A stretch of 64,000 nucleotides of DNA from the human T2T-CHM13v2.0 reference genome, Homo sapiens: the NCBI RefSeq assembly GCF_009914755.1, contig NC_060936.1; one strand, 5' to 3'. A program made the position numbers and the translations under genes. Below are positions 11,803 to 28,652 of the stretch, piece after piece; positions within the stretch are counted from its first letter, which is position 1; each line of letters begins with the position of its first letter. The notes below the pieces were generated by a model that was given only the letters and a program-made list of their open reading frames with translations, was not told the origin of the DNA and did no database searches.

Positions 11803-12229
11803 GCAACTATTGCAGCAAGTGAAAAACAATGAAAAAGCTCATCCATTTTTCAAATAGTCTTCAAAAAGTAAAGGGATAACTTTGAAACCTGGATTTAAAT
11901 TTCAGTGCTTATGAAATAGACAGCATTGGCCCACTTCATTTTATCGTATTTATTCTCTTATTAACTAGAGAGACATAAGTTAAATTTGTCACTGATTATT
12001 CCTCTTTTAAATTCTTTTTCAATAATTTAAAAAATTAAGGAAAAAAAGAATTAGTTGACTGTTTCAGAGTCAATTTACAATCTGGTCCAATCTCCAAAGC
12101 AAGCCAAGAAGCTAATCTACATACAGTTTGCCTGCAATGAGTGACTCCATCTCTGCTTGAATAGATGATGACATTCTTCCTGCAGTTCCACGTTGGAGAG
12201 CTCTAAACTGATTGGATACCTGATTTCTT

Positions 12230-12440
12230 GCAAATTCCATTAATCAATCTCCGTTGTATACTCTGCAACAATAGAGAATGAGGCCATTCCACCTATTTTG
12301 TGACAGTCCTTAAAGTACCTAATGACATCTTTTATGGTTATTCCCCAGATCTTTCCACAGGCTACTTTTCTCTGATTTATTCTGCTGCTCCTCAGTTGAC
12401 ATATTTCTAGAACCCTCACCGTTCTTCCTATATATGTTCC
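12230..12440 (-). mobile_element. CR1/L3 LINE relic
   Basis: ORF 12240-12461 translation (..IKDVIRYFKDCHKIGGMASFSI..) resembles the CR1 ORF2 C-terminal motif (GDLI.VFKYLKGCH.E.G..LFS). Confidence 0.4.
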
Positions 12441-13479
12441 TTGTTTTGTTTTCCCTTTCAAGTATGAAACTGCAAATGGAAGTTTCCCCCAGAATATTGT
12501 TACGATGTCCTTATATAAACAATTTAAAAATGGCTTTTAGTACACTAAAAATTACTATATAAATTTTAGAGAAATCATGATCATCACTGTATGCAATTAT
12601 TTAATATAATCTGATAGTAATTTATAGAATAGGATATCCTAGCTTTATACCTTTTAGAGAAGATACAAAAAGAAATTTGGCATTTTTATTTTTAATCATT
12701 TCCTTCAGACATTTCTTCTTTTTGAGCTTTCATCTTTTTCCTTTCAACTCTTAAATTATGGTTAGTTCATGTATCATTTACATATATAACTTATAGTAGA
12801 TATTTTTTGTTTTTCCTTGTGAAGATTCCCTGATGTTCTTAAGCTTTAATACTATACTCTCAAATCTATGGTTGTGGAGTATAAATTAGATTGTTTGCAT
12901 ATCAGAGTAATTTTGTTTTATTCTTAACCTCATTCAAGAAGACTCAGTTGTAAAAGAAAGTATCCTGGTGGATTGTGAAAATTTTACAAAATTTACAAAA
13001 GCGATTACCTAAACAATGTCTTAGGTAGCATCATTTTAAAATTCAATGAAAAGGCTGTAATTAAAAAAAATTGGTGATAATTTTTCCATAACCTTATCTA
13101 TTCCTGGAAATTTAACTACTATCATCTTATGAGTGAAATCTTCCTAAAGTACTCTAAGTGACTATGGCTACCGTGCTAAATAATTGCTCAATAATAAATA
13201 AACAAATAATTGCTCAATAAATATTATCAATTCTATTACTTTTCAAAGAATCATTTTTTTTAAATTTTATTATTATTGTACTTTAAGTTTTAGGGTACAC
13301 GTGCACAACGTGCAGGTTTGTTACATATGTATACATGTGCCATGTTGGTATGCTGTACCCATTAGCTCGTCATTTAGCATTAGGTATATCTCCTAATGTT
13401 ATCCCTCCCCCCTCCCCCCACCCGACAACAGTCTCCAGTGTGTGATGTTTCCCTTCCTGTGTCCGTGTGTTCTCATTGT

Positions 13480-17307
<3,828 letters not shown>

Positions 17308-17369
17308 TATGATGTTAACTGGTTATTTGTTCGATAGTTGATGCAGTTTCTTCCTAGCCTTGATGGTCT

Positions 17370-18386
17370 TTACAATTTGGTATGTTTTTGCAGTGGCTGG
17401 TACTGGTTGTTCCTTTCCATGTTTAGTGCTTCCTTCAGGAGCTCTTTTAGGGCAGGCCTGGTGGTGACAAAATCTCTCAGCATTTGCTTGTCTGTAAAGT
17501 ATTTTATTTCTCCTTCACTTATGAAGCTTATTTTGGCTGGATATGAGATTCTGGGTTGAAAATTCTTTTCTTTAAGAATGTTGAATATTGGTCCCCACTC
17601 TCTTCTGGCTTCTAGAGTTTCTGCAGAGAGATCAGCTGTAAGTCTGATGGGCTTCCCTTTGTGGATAACCCAACCTTTCTCTCTGGCTGCCCTTAACATT
17701 TTTTCCTTCATTTCAACTTTGATGAATCTGACAATTATGTGTCTTGGAGTTGCTCTTCTCGAGGAGTATCTTTGTGGCATTCTCTGTATTTCCTGAATTT
17801 GAATTTTGGCCTGCCTTGCTAGATTGGGGAAATTCTCCTGGATAATATCCTGCAGAGTGTTTTCCAACTTGGTTCCATTCTCCCCGTCACTTTCATGTAC
17901 ACCAATCAGATGTAGATTTGGTCTTTTCACATAGTCCCATATTTCTTGGAGGCTTTGTTCGTTTCTTTTTATTCTTTTTTCTCTAAACTTCTCTTCTCAC
18001 TTCATTGCATTCATTTTATCTTCCATCACTGATAGGCTTTCTTCCAGTTGATTGCATTGGCTATTGAGGCTTCTGAATTCATCACGTAGCTCTTGTGCCT
18101 TGGTTTTCAGCTCCATCAGGTCCTTTAAGGACTTCTCTGCATTGGTTATTCTAGTTATCCATTCGTCTAATTTTTTTTCAAAGCTTTTAACTTCTTTGCC
18201 ATTAGTTTGAATTTCCTCCTGTAGCTCAGAGTAGTTTGATCGTCTGAAGCCTTCTTCTCTCAAATCATCAAAGTCATTCTCCATCCAGCTTTGTTCCGTT
18301 GCTGGTGAGGAGCTGCGTTCCTTTGGAGGAGGAGAGGCACTCTGATTTTTAGAGTTTCCAGTTCTTCTGCTCTGTTTTTTTCCCAT
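17370..18386 (-). pseudogene. L1 ORF1 with a premature stop
   Basis: MGKKQSRRTGNSKNQS...PLQKHTKL; 1017 nt in one frame, with TGA at 17997-17999 (codon 130). Confidence 0.93.
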
Positions 18387-19288
18387 CTTTGTTGTTTTAT
18401 CTACCTTTGGTCTTTGATGATGGTGACGTACAGATGAGTTTTTGATTTGGATATCCTTTCTGTTTGTTAGTTTTCCTTCTAACAGAGAGGATCCTTAGCT
18501 GCAGGTCTGTTGGAGTTTGCTAGAGGTCCACTCCAGACCCTGTTTTCCTGGGTATCAGCAGCGGTAGCTGCAGAACAGTGGATATTGGTGAACCACAGAT
18601 GCTGCTGCCTGATCGTTCCTCTGGAAGTTTTGTCTCAGAGGAGTACCTGGCCGTGTGAGGTGTCAGTCCGCCCCTATTGGGGGGTGCCTCCCAGTTAGGC
18701 TACTCAGGGGTCAGGGACCCACTTGAGGAGGCAGTCTGCCCATTCTCAGATCTCAAGCTGCATGCTGGGAGAACCACTAGTCTCTTCAAAGCTCAGTTGG
18801 AAATGCAGAAATCACCCATCTTCTGCATTGCTCACGCTGAGAGCTGTAGACTGGAGCTGTTCCTATTTGGCCATCTTGGTTCTTCCCCCTCAAAGAATCA
18901 TTTTTATAGACTTGCTCCTTTGCTCCATCATTCGTTTTGTCTTTCAGTGATTTATGTCCTTATATTTATTATTGCTTTTTTTTCTAATTTCCTTAGGTTT
19001 TATTTATTATTCCCTCTAGCTTCTTGAAATGGAAACTTAAGTCATTTTTCTCATTTCCTCTTTTATAATTTACTTATTTAAGACCATGCACTTCCCTTAA
19101 GCACTGATTTAGATGCACTGCATGTTTTGATAGGTCTTATCTTCAAATTTTCTAATCATCATTTTGATTTTTTATTTATACTATTATTTAATATCCATGT
19201 AGTTGTAATTTTTAAAGTTATATATATTAGTTGTATTTTTTCATTCAATTCCAGTGCGGTCAGAGAATATACTATGAACAATTTCTTT

Positions 19289-19494
19289 TTTTTTTCTTCT
19301 ATTTCTTTTTTTTTTATTACTATTATACTTTAAGTTTTAGGGTACATGTGCACAATGTGCAGGTTATTTACATATGTATACATGTGCCATGCTGGTGTGC
19401 TGCACCCATTAACTTGTCATTTAGCATTAGGTATATCTCCTAATGCTATCCCTCCTCCCTCCCCCCACCCCACAACAGTCACCAGAGTGTGATG
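19289..19494 (-). mobile_element. 5'-truncated L1PA 3' end (~205 bp)
   Basis: L1PA 3' UTR with A-tail; perfect 15-bp TSD ATGAACAATTTCTTT at 19274-19288 and 19495-19509. Confidence 0.93.
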
Positions 19495-19567
19495 ATGAAC
19501 AATTTCTTTATGGGGCAGACTCTTGTCAATTTTGGCATATGTTCCACAGGCACTTGAAAAGAATTTT

Positions 19568-19869
<302 letters not shown>

Positions 19870-20305
19870 GGCACTTGAAAAGAATTTTAATTCTGTCATT
19901 GTTGTGATCTGCATTCCATATATGTCAAGCAGGTCATGTCTGTTAATTGTATCATTCAGATCTTCTATATCGTCACTAATTATCTTTCAGCTTGTTCTAG
20001 CAGCAATTGAATGAACTGTATTAAAGCCTTCTGTTATGCTGGTGGAGTTGTGTATATTTTTATTCACTTCTGTTGATTTTATTTGTTTTATGTCATTTGC
20101 AGTTTTAATATTTAGTATATGTAGACTTTTAAAATTCTCATATCTTCCTATTGGATTGAATATTTTATCATTGTGAAATACATTTATTTACCTTTGGTAA
20201 TAATTCTATCTCCTATAGTCTGATATTACTGTAGGTACAGTAGCTTTTCTTCATTAATGTTTGCATAATATAGCTTCTTCCATGCTTTTACTTCCAATTA
20301 TTTTG

Positions 20306-20307
<2 letters not shown>

Positions 20308-20354
<47 letters not shown>

Positions 20355-20516
20355 CGTATATATACGTGTATATATACATATATACGTATATATATGTATA
20401 TATACGTATATATATGTATATATATACGTATATATACGTATATATATACGTATATATATACGTATATATATACGTATATATATACGTATATATATATGTA
20501 TATATATACGTATATA

Positions 20517-20548
<32 letters not shown>
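20308..20548. repeat. Compound microsatellite (TG)n then (TA)n with TACG/TATG interruptions
   Basis: Directly visible; includes tandem 12-mer CGTATATATATA units. Confidence 0.97.
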
Positions 20549-20550
20549 AA

Positions 20551-20690
20551 ATTTTTTTTTTCCTGATTTTTTGTAGAGGCAGGGTCTCACTATGTTTCCC
20601 AGACTTGTCTTTAACTGCTGGGCTCAAGTGATCCTCTCACCTTGGCCTCCCAAAATGTTGAGATTATAAGAATAAGCAACCACACGTGGC
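20551..20690 (-). mobile_element. Alu monomer (FLAM/AluJ left arm)
   Basis: GTAGAGGCAGGGTCTCACTATGTT...GGGCTCAAGTGATCCTC...CCTCCCAAAATGTTGAGATTATA. Confidence 0.85.
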
Positions 20691-23600
20691 CCCTGGGTTC
20701 TGGGTTACATTTCTTGTGGTAGCATACAGTTTTGTTTTGTTTTGTTTTGTTTTAATTGTATTCACTCTGACAAGTTAGACTTCCTTTAGATTAAAATTTT
20801 TTTATTTCTTTTTTTCACTTCTGTGAATAAGTGAGTTGTACATTCTTTTTCACCATTCTGTTTTTTGATTAGAGATCACAGCATGCATCACTGAATTCCT
20901 GATATTGCTAGAAATTTAGAATCTTTTAAATCCATTTAACCTTTTTCTCTTTCCTTTATTATTGTCATGTATTTACTTCTACATTTATTTAAAAATTGAG
21001 AAGGCATTGTGTACAGATTCACCTCATTTATATTAACACACATATGTTACCATTTTCAGTTCTCTTTATTTATAGCTTCAGTTCCATTTTTCATGTAGAA
21101 TCATTCCCTTCAGCTTGAAGAAATTTCTTTGGTATTTCTTTTAGTCAGATATGCTAGTGATGAATCCTCCAAGCTTATTTGTCTGAAAATATCTTTATTT
21201 CAACTTCATTGTGATAGAGTAGTTTTTGTTGTATTTAGAATACTAGTCAGACACATTTTCTTGTAGCACTATAAAATTGTGATTTCATTGTTTCTTGATT
21301 CAGTTGTTTCTGTTGAGAAATCAGCTGTCGATCTTATGGTCACTTTTCTGAAGATAACATATTCTTTTCCCTGGTTACTTTAAAAAATTTATCTTTATCT
21401 TTGGTTTCCAGTGGTTTCACTGTAATGTTATATGTGGGGTTTTTGTTTGTTTATACTGCTTGGATTACTTGAGCTTCTTGAATCTGTAGAATATCTTCGA
21501 TCAGTTTTGAAAAATTCTCAACAATCACCAGTTAAAGTACTTCTTGTGATAAATATGTATATTTAAAAATTAAACTGTTTTACTTTTCACTAATCTCGTG
21601 CTTTTCCATTTCAATCTGATTATTTATAATTTCACCTTTTTATCTATTTTTATGATTTTCATCAATTTTCTTGTATATATTAGGTATAGTTGTGTTAAAG
21701 TCTTTATTTGCTAACATTGATATCAGTATCATTTGTATAACTACTTCTAATGTTTGCTTTTCCCTTGATTAATTTTTTAAAATATAAATACATAATTTAT
21801 TTTTAAAAAATACAATACATCTTATATAAAATAAAATACCTTTTCAGGCATTTTTATGTATTTTTTAAAAAAATTGATTCCTAAGCATTTTATGTAAAAT
21901 TAACTACAAAGAACCCATAGATTTAATCTTTCATCAGAGTGGAGTTTCTAACTACACATTCTTATCTAATAAGACTAGGGCAAATAGCTGATCACTTTAA
22001 TCTTATCAGGGATTTAGCTGTGTTGAGGCTGATTGGCAATTTAGTAGTACTCAGGCTTCCTTTATTTTGTCTCAGGACATGATTTTCCCAAGATTTGCTT
22101 GTGAACATGGTATTTGTCTCCTTAACCATGAAAGACTACAGGGAATTCAGATCTGCTCTTCCAATGTTCCCAGCTCAACTCTCTAGTATCCTTACTCCTT
22201 CAAGATGAAATCTGGCAAATATCAAGAGCCAAACTAGTTGTATGCTTGAGGTGGGTCCTGTATTTCTGTTTTGTCTTTGTTTTTTAAGCAGTAAATCATT
22301 TCAGTCTTTCTTTTAGAAGCTTTGTCATACACTACCAGCAGAATTCCACAAAGCCCTACAACTTATCAAATATGTCATCAGTAAAACTAGTCTTGCATTT
22401 CAGGTCCTTAAGATTCCAATTTGTCACTTTAGAGCTACACAACTGCTTTGCTGGTTTGCTTTCTACCAGCAGTTGCCAAGGCTTTTATAGCAACACCCAG
22501 AATTTGCTTATGCCTTCACTAAATACAAATGGCTAGCAATCATCAGTTTCACTTTGGATGGATTCTTGCTTATCTGGAACTGTGGTTCATCTAGCTCTCA
22601 TTTCTTCCAAAGCTTTTTAATGCTTTTAAGACACAATTTTTGTAATTTTCCAGCTTTTTCTAGTTCCTAGTACGAGGTTGGCCATTTGCCACCTACTACA
22701 TACTATTTGGAAGCAGAAGTCTCAGTAAATATTAAAATGATTCTTGTTTTCATTTGGAATCCTGTATCACCTAGTTTCTGGTTCATTAATCATATCTTAT
22801 ATTGTTTTGTTGCTTAATGTGTGTTGGTCTTATTTCCTTGCATATTAGAAACTTTGAGGGAAGGATTATTGTTTTGTATTTTGTATAGACCTATCATTAT
22901 ACTACATATAGCATAACTAAAACTCAATTTGAAACACCTGATAGTTTAAAAAATCTAGTCTGGTGACATGCTATTCATCATAATCACAATTCTTCCAGTT
23001 TTATCCTTGTAAGTTCTTGTTTAATCATATATCCAGTTATCTATCTATATGTATACTAGCTCTCTCTGACCCCTTGCAAATTGTCTTTATTAAACTCTCC
23101 TCAAGGACTGATACACATATGTAAAACAAATCTACAGCTTTTGTATATCTATTTACCAAAAAAAGATGGGTATTTGAATTGTTTCTTATCCCTTAAATGT
23201 GAACTCCATCTGAGAATTTATGGCAATGAAAAGCTTATTTCTCATTATAAAGTTGCATGCTTCTTTCAATTAAGCAATACGAATTGTCTAATTCATGAAC
23301 TTTCTTATTTACTCTAACTGCTATGAAAATAAGAGCTTGATTGGAGTTGTTCTCTTCAGTCAGTGTATATATACACACACTTACGTGTGTGTGTTATTGT
23401 ATGTGCAGATATTTGTGTAAACACGTGTGCATGTATGTGTATATACACATATATATACATACACACATGTGTATGTTTGTCTAGTGTGTGGATTGCTGTA
23501 TGATTCCTTATTTCTTACTGTTTATCTTTTTCCTCTTTATTTGTGCTGTGTTAACTGTGTACGTATTGTTAAGGCACATCAAATTTTGAAAATGGATAAA

Positions 23601-24239
23601 TGAGCCTATGAATTGACATAAGCTAATACAATGACCTAAGGTACCAGTGACTCATCAACTTTGGCAAGAATTAGGCTTTTGATTGTCAGACAGACCAGGT
23701 TAGCAGCGTTCATGTAATATTTGCCAAATATTGAATCATTAAGACAAGAGAAAGACAAACCACAAAATCTCTTAGGGTTCTTTATTCTTACCACTCATTT
23801 TCCCTGACTTGCATTTTTTATTTATAAAAATGTCTAAATATCTTTCCATGATTCAAAGTGAGTTTTTATATGCCTAAAATTTGTGTGAAAAGTATAAAAT
23901 TTAGAAAGCTTTCTTAGTTTGTTGACATGAATTTTGGGAATCTTGAAGTATTTGAAAAAATTAAGTGATCTTTTAAAGTTTTTACTATGACAATAAAAGA
24001 CAAAGGTATATCTCCAGCAGAGGATTTGATAAGCAAGAGGTTAAGACATAAGTGACGTAATAGGCTATAGTATCAAAACTTGTAGATCTGTGGGATTAGT
24101 GGGTTAGGAGGAAATTGATAACTCTTTAATGAGTATAATCTAAAATTTTCTCTTTGAAATCTATAGTTAAACGCTATTGTTTCCAAATTGTATACCACCA
24201 GAAATTTCAATCCGTTTTCCAGATGTTAAAAAGTATCTG

Positions 24240-24412
24240 CCCAGGAGTTCGAGACCAGCCTGGCTGGTCCATCCCAGCTACCTGGGAGGCTGAGGCACAA
24301 GAATTGCTTGAACCCGGGAGGTGGAGACTGCAGTGAGCCTAAATCACACCACTGCACTCCAGCCTAGGCAACAGAGTGAGACTCTGTCTCAAAAAACAAA
24401 ACAAAACAAAAA
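24240..24412 (+). mobile_element. Partial Alu with internal deletion
   Basis: CCCAGGAGTTCGAGACCAGCCTGG joined to ATCCCAGCTACCTGGGAGGCTGAGG...GAGACTCTGTCTCAAAAAA. Confidence 0.9.
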
Positions 24413-26334
24413 ACCCCCAAAATCTTCCCATAGAAAACCAGGTTGTTAATTCTGCTCATGTATGCCTACCCAGTGGAAGACAATGTTGCTAGAAGGATCA
24501 TTTCCAAATAAAAATGACAATTTGTGTAATTATTTGGGGTCTACTAGTGACTGATTATAGTCCCAAAAAGAAATTTAAGACTAAAGAAACTTAGGTTCAT
24601 ATAACCACAATTTTAAATTTGTACTCTACGTAATTGTAGGTATGAAATACAAGGCAAAAAGAATCCTTACTGAGGGCCAATGCTGGAGTAAGTTGAATAC
24701 AGTCAGCCTTTGGTGTAAATAATTGTCTAAATATGTTCTATGGGTCCCCCTACCTTCTTGCAGGACCACATGAATTTAGAAAAAAGTTGTCACAGCAGTA
24801 ATTTTTATAAACAAAAGACTTTATTTCAAATATATTTTACAGTTTGTGTGTAATTAGGATTGCTTTCCAGATTGTGAAATTTAAGAATAAATTGAACAAG
24901 CAATGTACAAAATAGTGGTGTTTACTTAGGCCTACTGAATTCCTACAATTGTTCTTGTAGCTTTTTTTTTTTCTTTTTAAATTGTATCAGTGGAGACATC
25001 AATGATAACACAAATTTTATCCTCTTGGTTATATTTTGAATAGCAAAAAAGTACCATTCCATTCCATATTTGTTTGCATCTTTAGAAACTGGCAATAAGG
25101 GGAGTAAAAGCTCATGTATCTGGACCTAATTGAAAAATAATATATTGTTAACAGAGCTGAACCAATTCATTCTTTGTGGTAAAAATAGTTTGCTAAGCAA
25201 ATTGGTAGAATAACTAAAATTGTAGGACAGATGTTTAGCCTCCTTAAGAAAACATACTATTTTAGAGAACTTTTAGCAATACTATTGCATACACTTTACA
25301 TACTAATTACAATGCTTACTTATAAAACAGGTCTTCTCAGCTAGCTATTAGATTGCTTTAGAAACTCAAGAAAATAGATTGGATTTTTTTCATAAATATT
25401 CTTTAAATCAGACATTGAACTAATTCATGCTTACCTTCACCTCCATTGTTATAACTGAGGTTTCAGTGATGATGTGAAGTTATAGAGATGACTTCAGAAC
25501 TTTTAAATTTGGTAAGAATGACAGTATACCGATTTTAAAAACACATACGTGAACTTCAAACACCAGCAACTAAAATTAGCAAAATTGAGATTTTAAAAAC
25601 AAGGTGTTTTCTTTTCACTATTGCCAGTATTGTTTTTGTTGTTCAAGGCATTGGCAATAGGAAAATAATCTATTATTATATTCTAGTCATAAATACTACA
25701 TAAGAAACTAAAAAACCAAGAAAAGAATGTTTCCAAGTAAACTTTATTTGGTAGAAGAAAGAGGGTGGTGGTTGGGGCTTTCCACCTTGGTGAGCCAAGT
25801 TTCCTAAACAAGCAAGATTTTCCCCATCCACATAATACTTAGCATATCCTGGTAATGTTATTTCCCGGAGAAACGTAGGGTGAGATCATGACCATTGTAG
25901 CCATAGGTGGTCTATTATAAACACTGTACAGAATGTTTACTTCTCATCTTCTACAATGGATATTTTCCTTTCAAAGAACATCAATTTGTTTTGCAAATAT
26001 TAAGTGGCTTGTAGTTTTCCATGTTTGTTATATTTTTAGTGTTCCACTTGCCTGGAGTCTCTGACGTCTACTGCTTTGCCATGACGGGCAACGTAAGACA
26101 GGTAAACAAGGAGTGGCAACCTGGTTCTGATGGACCAAATGCCCTCCAAACAATAGAGGGATTGGGAGCTCCTTAAAACCTCAAACCCTTGCCTACTTAC
26201 TGACCCTGTTTCAAGGTTTTCTCAGAGGCCTAAAGAGAAAGTATGGTAGGTAATAGGAGCTGCAGAATTTGACATGCAAAGATAAGGTAGGCAGAGGAAG
26301 AGACAAATATCCCCACCTCCTGGTTGTTTTGGAA

Positions 26335-26500
26335 CATCAGAGTATGCAGAATTATTTAGAGTTGTTAAATAGCAAAAGCTTTGTTCTATCCCCAGAGATT
26401 CTGATTCACTACACCTGGGGTTGGGCCCAGGAATCTACATTTTTCACTGCTGATTCTGAAGTAGGTGGTCCGTGGACCAGATTTTGTAAAATACTTCTGT
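26335..26500. mobile_element. MER5-like hAT-Charlie DNA transposon
   Basis: CCCAGAGATTCTGATTCAC...GGGGTTGGGCCCAGGAATCTACATTTTT...GATTCTGAAGTAGGTGGTCCGTGGACCA. Confidence 0.7.
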
Positions 26501-26605
26501 TAAGGGATACAGTGGGCAGTGTTTCCAGAATAAACCCTTTTATATACTTGTATTCATTTGAACCAAATGTTACCTGACCCATTGTCTTGATACCTATTTA
26601 GAAAA

Positions 26606-26645
26606 CCCACCCACCCAACCAACCAACCAACCAACCAACCAACCA
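26606..26645. repeat. (CCCA)n(ACCA)n tetranucleotide repeat
   Basis: Directly visible. Confidence 0.95.
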
Positions 26646-27320
26646 GCAAACACCCTTAAATGAAACTATTACATATAGAACTATCAAGGTAGAAAAACAT
26701 ATTATGGTGGAAGAGACAAGCAAAAATGGCCATTGAAAGGAAAGGAGACTTCTTGTTTTTAACATTCACTAAAAAAGTTTAAGGTAGAACTGAGAGGCTA
26801 ATGTTAAACAATTCAGAAATATCCATTATTCAAAATGAGATACCAGCGAGGTGAAAATTATTCATAGTTCTTAGTAATTTCATGATCTGAAATTTATAAA
26901 TCTTCTATACAAACGAAAGGATAAAGCACAATTCTAAAGCATAGAAACCCCCCATCCCCCACCCAAGGATAGTGTCCAGCCAGGGAAAACAACAATATTA
27001 AAGGTGCTTTAGACTGTTGGGTTTTCAATTGTGTTGAATCAATTACATATAAGAACAGTATCTTTTGACAGTATGGTGAAGCTAGATCTGTCTGAGTGAA
27101 ATGCATTATATCAAGTCCTGACTGTCTTTCTGGGAATGTCCACAGCTAAAAATTAAACCTTTAGTTCTTAAAGTCAACTTCAATAAGAGGGATTATTTAT
27201 ATTAAAAACAAAATTAAATTTCCATACTTTTGTTCTTTTCATAATAAAACTAATTACACCCTCATAACAATAATTGTGAAAAGAAACACAGTATAATAAG
27301 TAAAGAACACATTTGCTGTT

Positions 27321-27326
27321 TTTATT
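27321..27326 (-). terminator. SOX5: Poly(A) signal AATAAA (long 3' UTR)
   Basis: TTTATT on the plus strand; downstream on the minus strand TGTGTTCTTT...CTGTGTTTCTTTT. Further tandem AATAAA at 27457-27468. Confidence 0.7.
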
Positions 27327-28594
27327 GGTGCCTTGCATGGCAGTAATACTGAAAAAGGAGAATGCAAAAAAATAAAATAAAATAAACAAAAAACAAAAAC
27401 GAAAAACAGGTTGGTGGCAACCCACATCTTTTTTTTAAGAGCACATAAACTCCTGTTTTATTTTTATTGTGGCATGAATGATAACATAAAACCAAAAACA
27501 TGAAAATATACAACTTATATTACACTATGTGTTATGAACAAAATATAAATCTATAACTCTATGTTATATTTACATAATTACTTATTATTTTATTAAATTT
27601 CAAGTGAGATGGTAGGTTGCACATACTTTGTTTTAAGCTCCAGGCATTTGATTGTCTCTTTTCTATTTTTTTTCCATTTTTACTTGTAAAATCCAAAATA
27701 TTAGAAGGACTAAGAGCTTTAGAGCCAGTGGAGCTATATAAATACTGTTTTAGTGAACCAGTGACGGAAACACTGGGGAGGACAGGAATCAATCAATCAG
27801 TAGGAAACTCAACACATCGTCTTCAACCTGGGAAGTTGATAGTTATAGGATACTTTAAAATTAAATACTGTAAAAGCCTGGCTAAACCAACAGCTATGCC
27901 CTACAAGACAAAGGGATACCTGAACCACTTTAAGTGGCCTTCATAGTTTTCCTTGCAGACCCCGTAAGTTTTATTTTATTATTAATTTGATAGACAAATA
28001 CCTTATAAACCTGTTTGTAAATATACAGTTGTTTATTACAATTCAACAATTTACCCATTAGAATGAGTGAAAGTGTAATTATTTTTTATGTTTTAAATGT
28101 GATATAAGAGGTTTCTTCTGGGAACAGTCACAGCTTCTGGATTAAGAAAATATCTGAAGTTGGACCAAAAAATGGTTAATTTTCTTTAAGTGAATTAAGG
28201 TAAAATTCTACTCCGGAAATCAAATCTATAAAATAGCTTCACCACAGAAAACTTTTTTATATTTGTTCTTTATAAGAGGATTTGGTTCTAACGATGATTA
28301 TGTTCTTTGGGAGGGATTTTATACATGGTTAACTCTTAACTGCAGATGCCAAATGAACTTCACAAATGGACTTCACTAATTTAGGTATAAATGTGCTGAA
28401 GAATAGTTTTATATTTTATCCAATTGTGGTAAGTTAATCACTAACTTATTATTAGTAACTATAAATGAGTAACTTTATTTTCTCCGGTAATGTTCTCTTA
28501 GATTCATATGAAAACAGGACTATTTTTAGAGAAACGGACTACAACAACTATAAAAACCAGAATTCTGGCAAGATTATTTCTCAGTGTTGGGGCA

Positions 28595-28595
<1 letters not shown>

Positions 28596-28626
<31 letters not shown>

Positions 28627-28652
28627 CGCGCGCGCATGTGAGAGAGAGAGAG
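28596..28652. repeat. (GT)11(GC)9 alternating purine-pyrimidine tract followed by (GA)n
   Basis: Directly visible. Confidence 0.97.

Noticed and set aside
20261-20631. Tyr/Ile-rich ORFs and repeat periodicity suggestive of an array
   Set aside because: Translations of a TA/TG microsatellite; no unique spacers, so not CRISPR-like.
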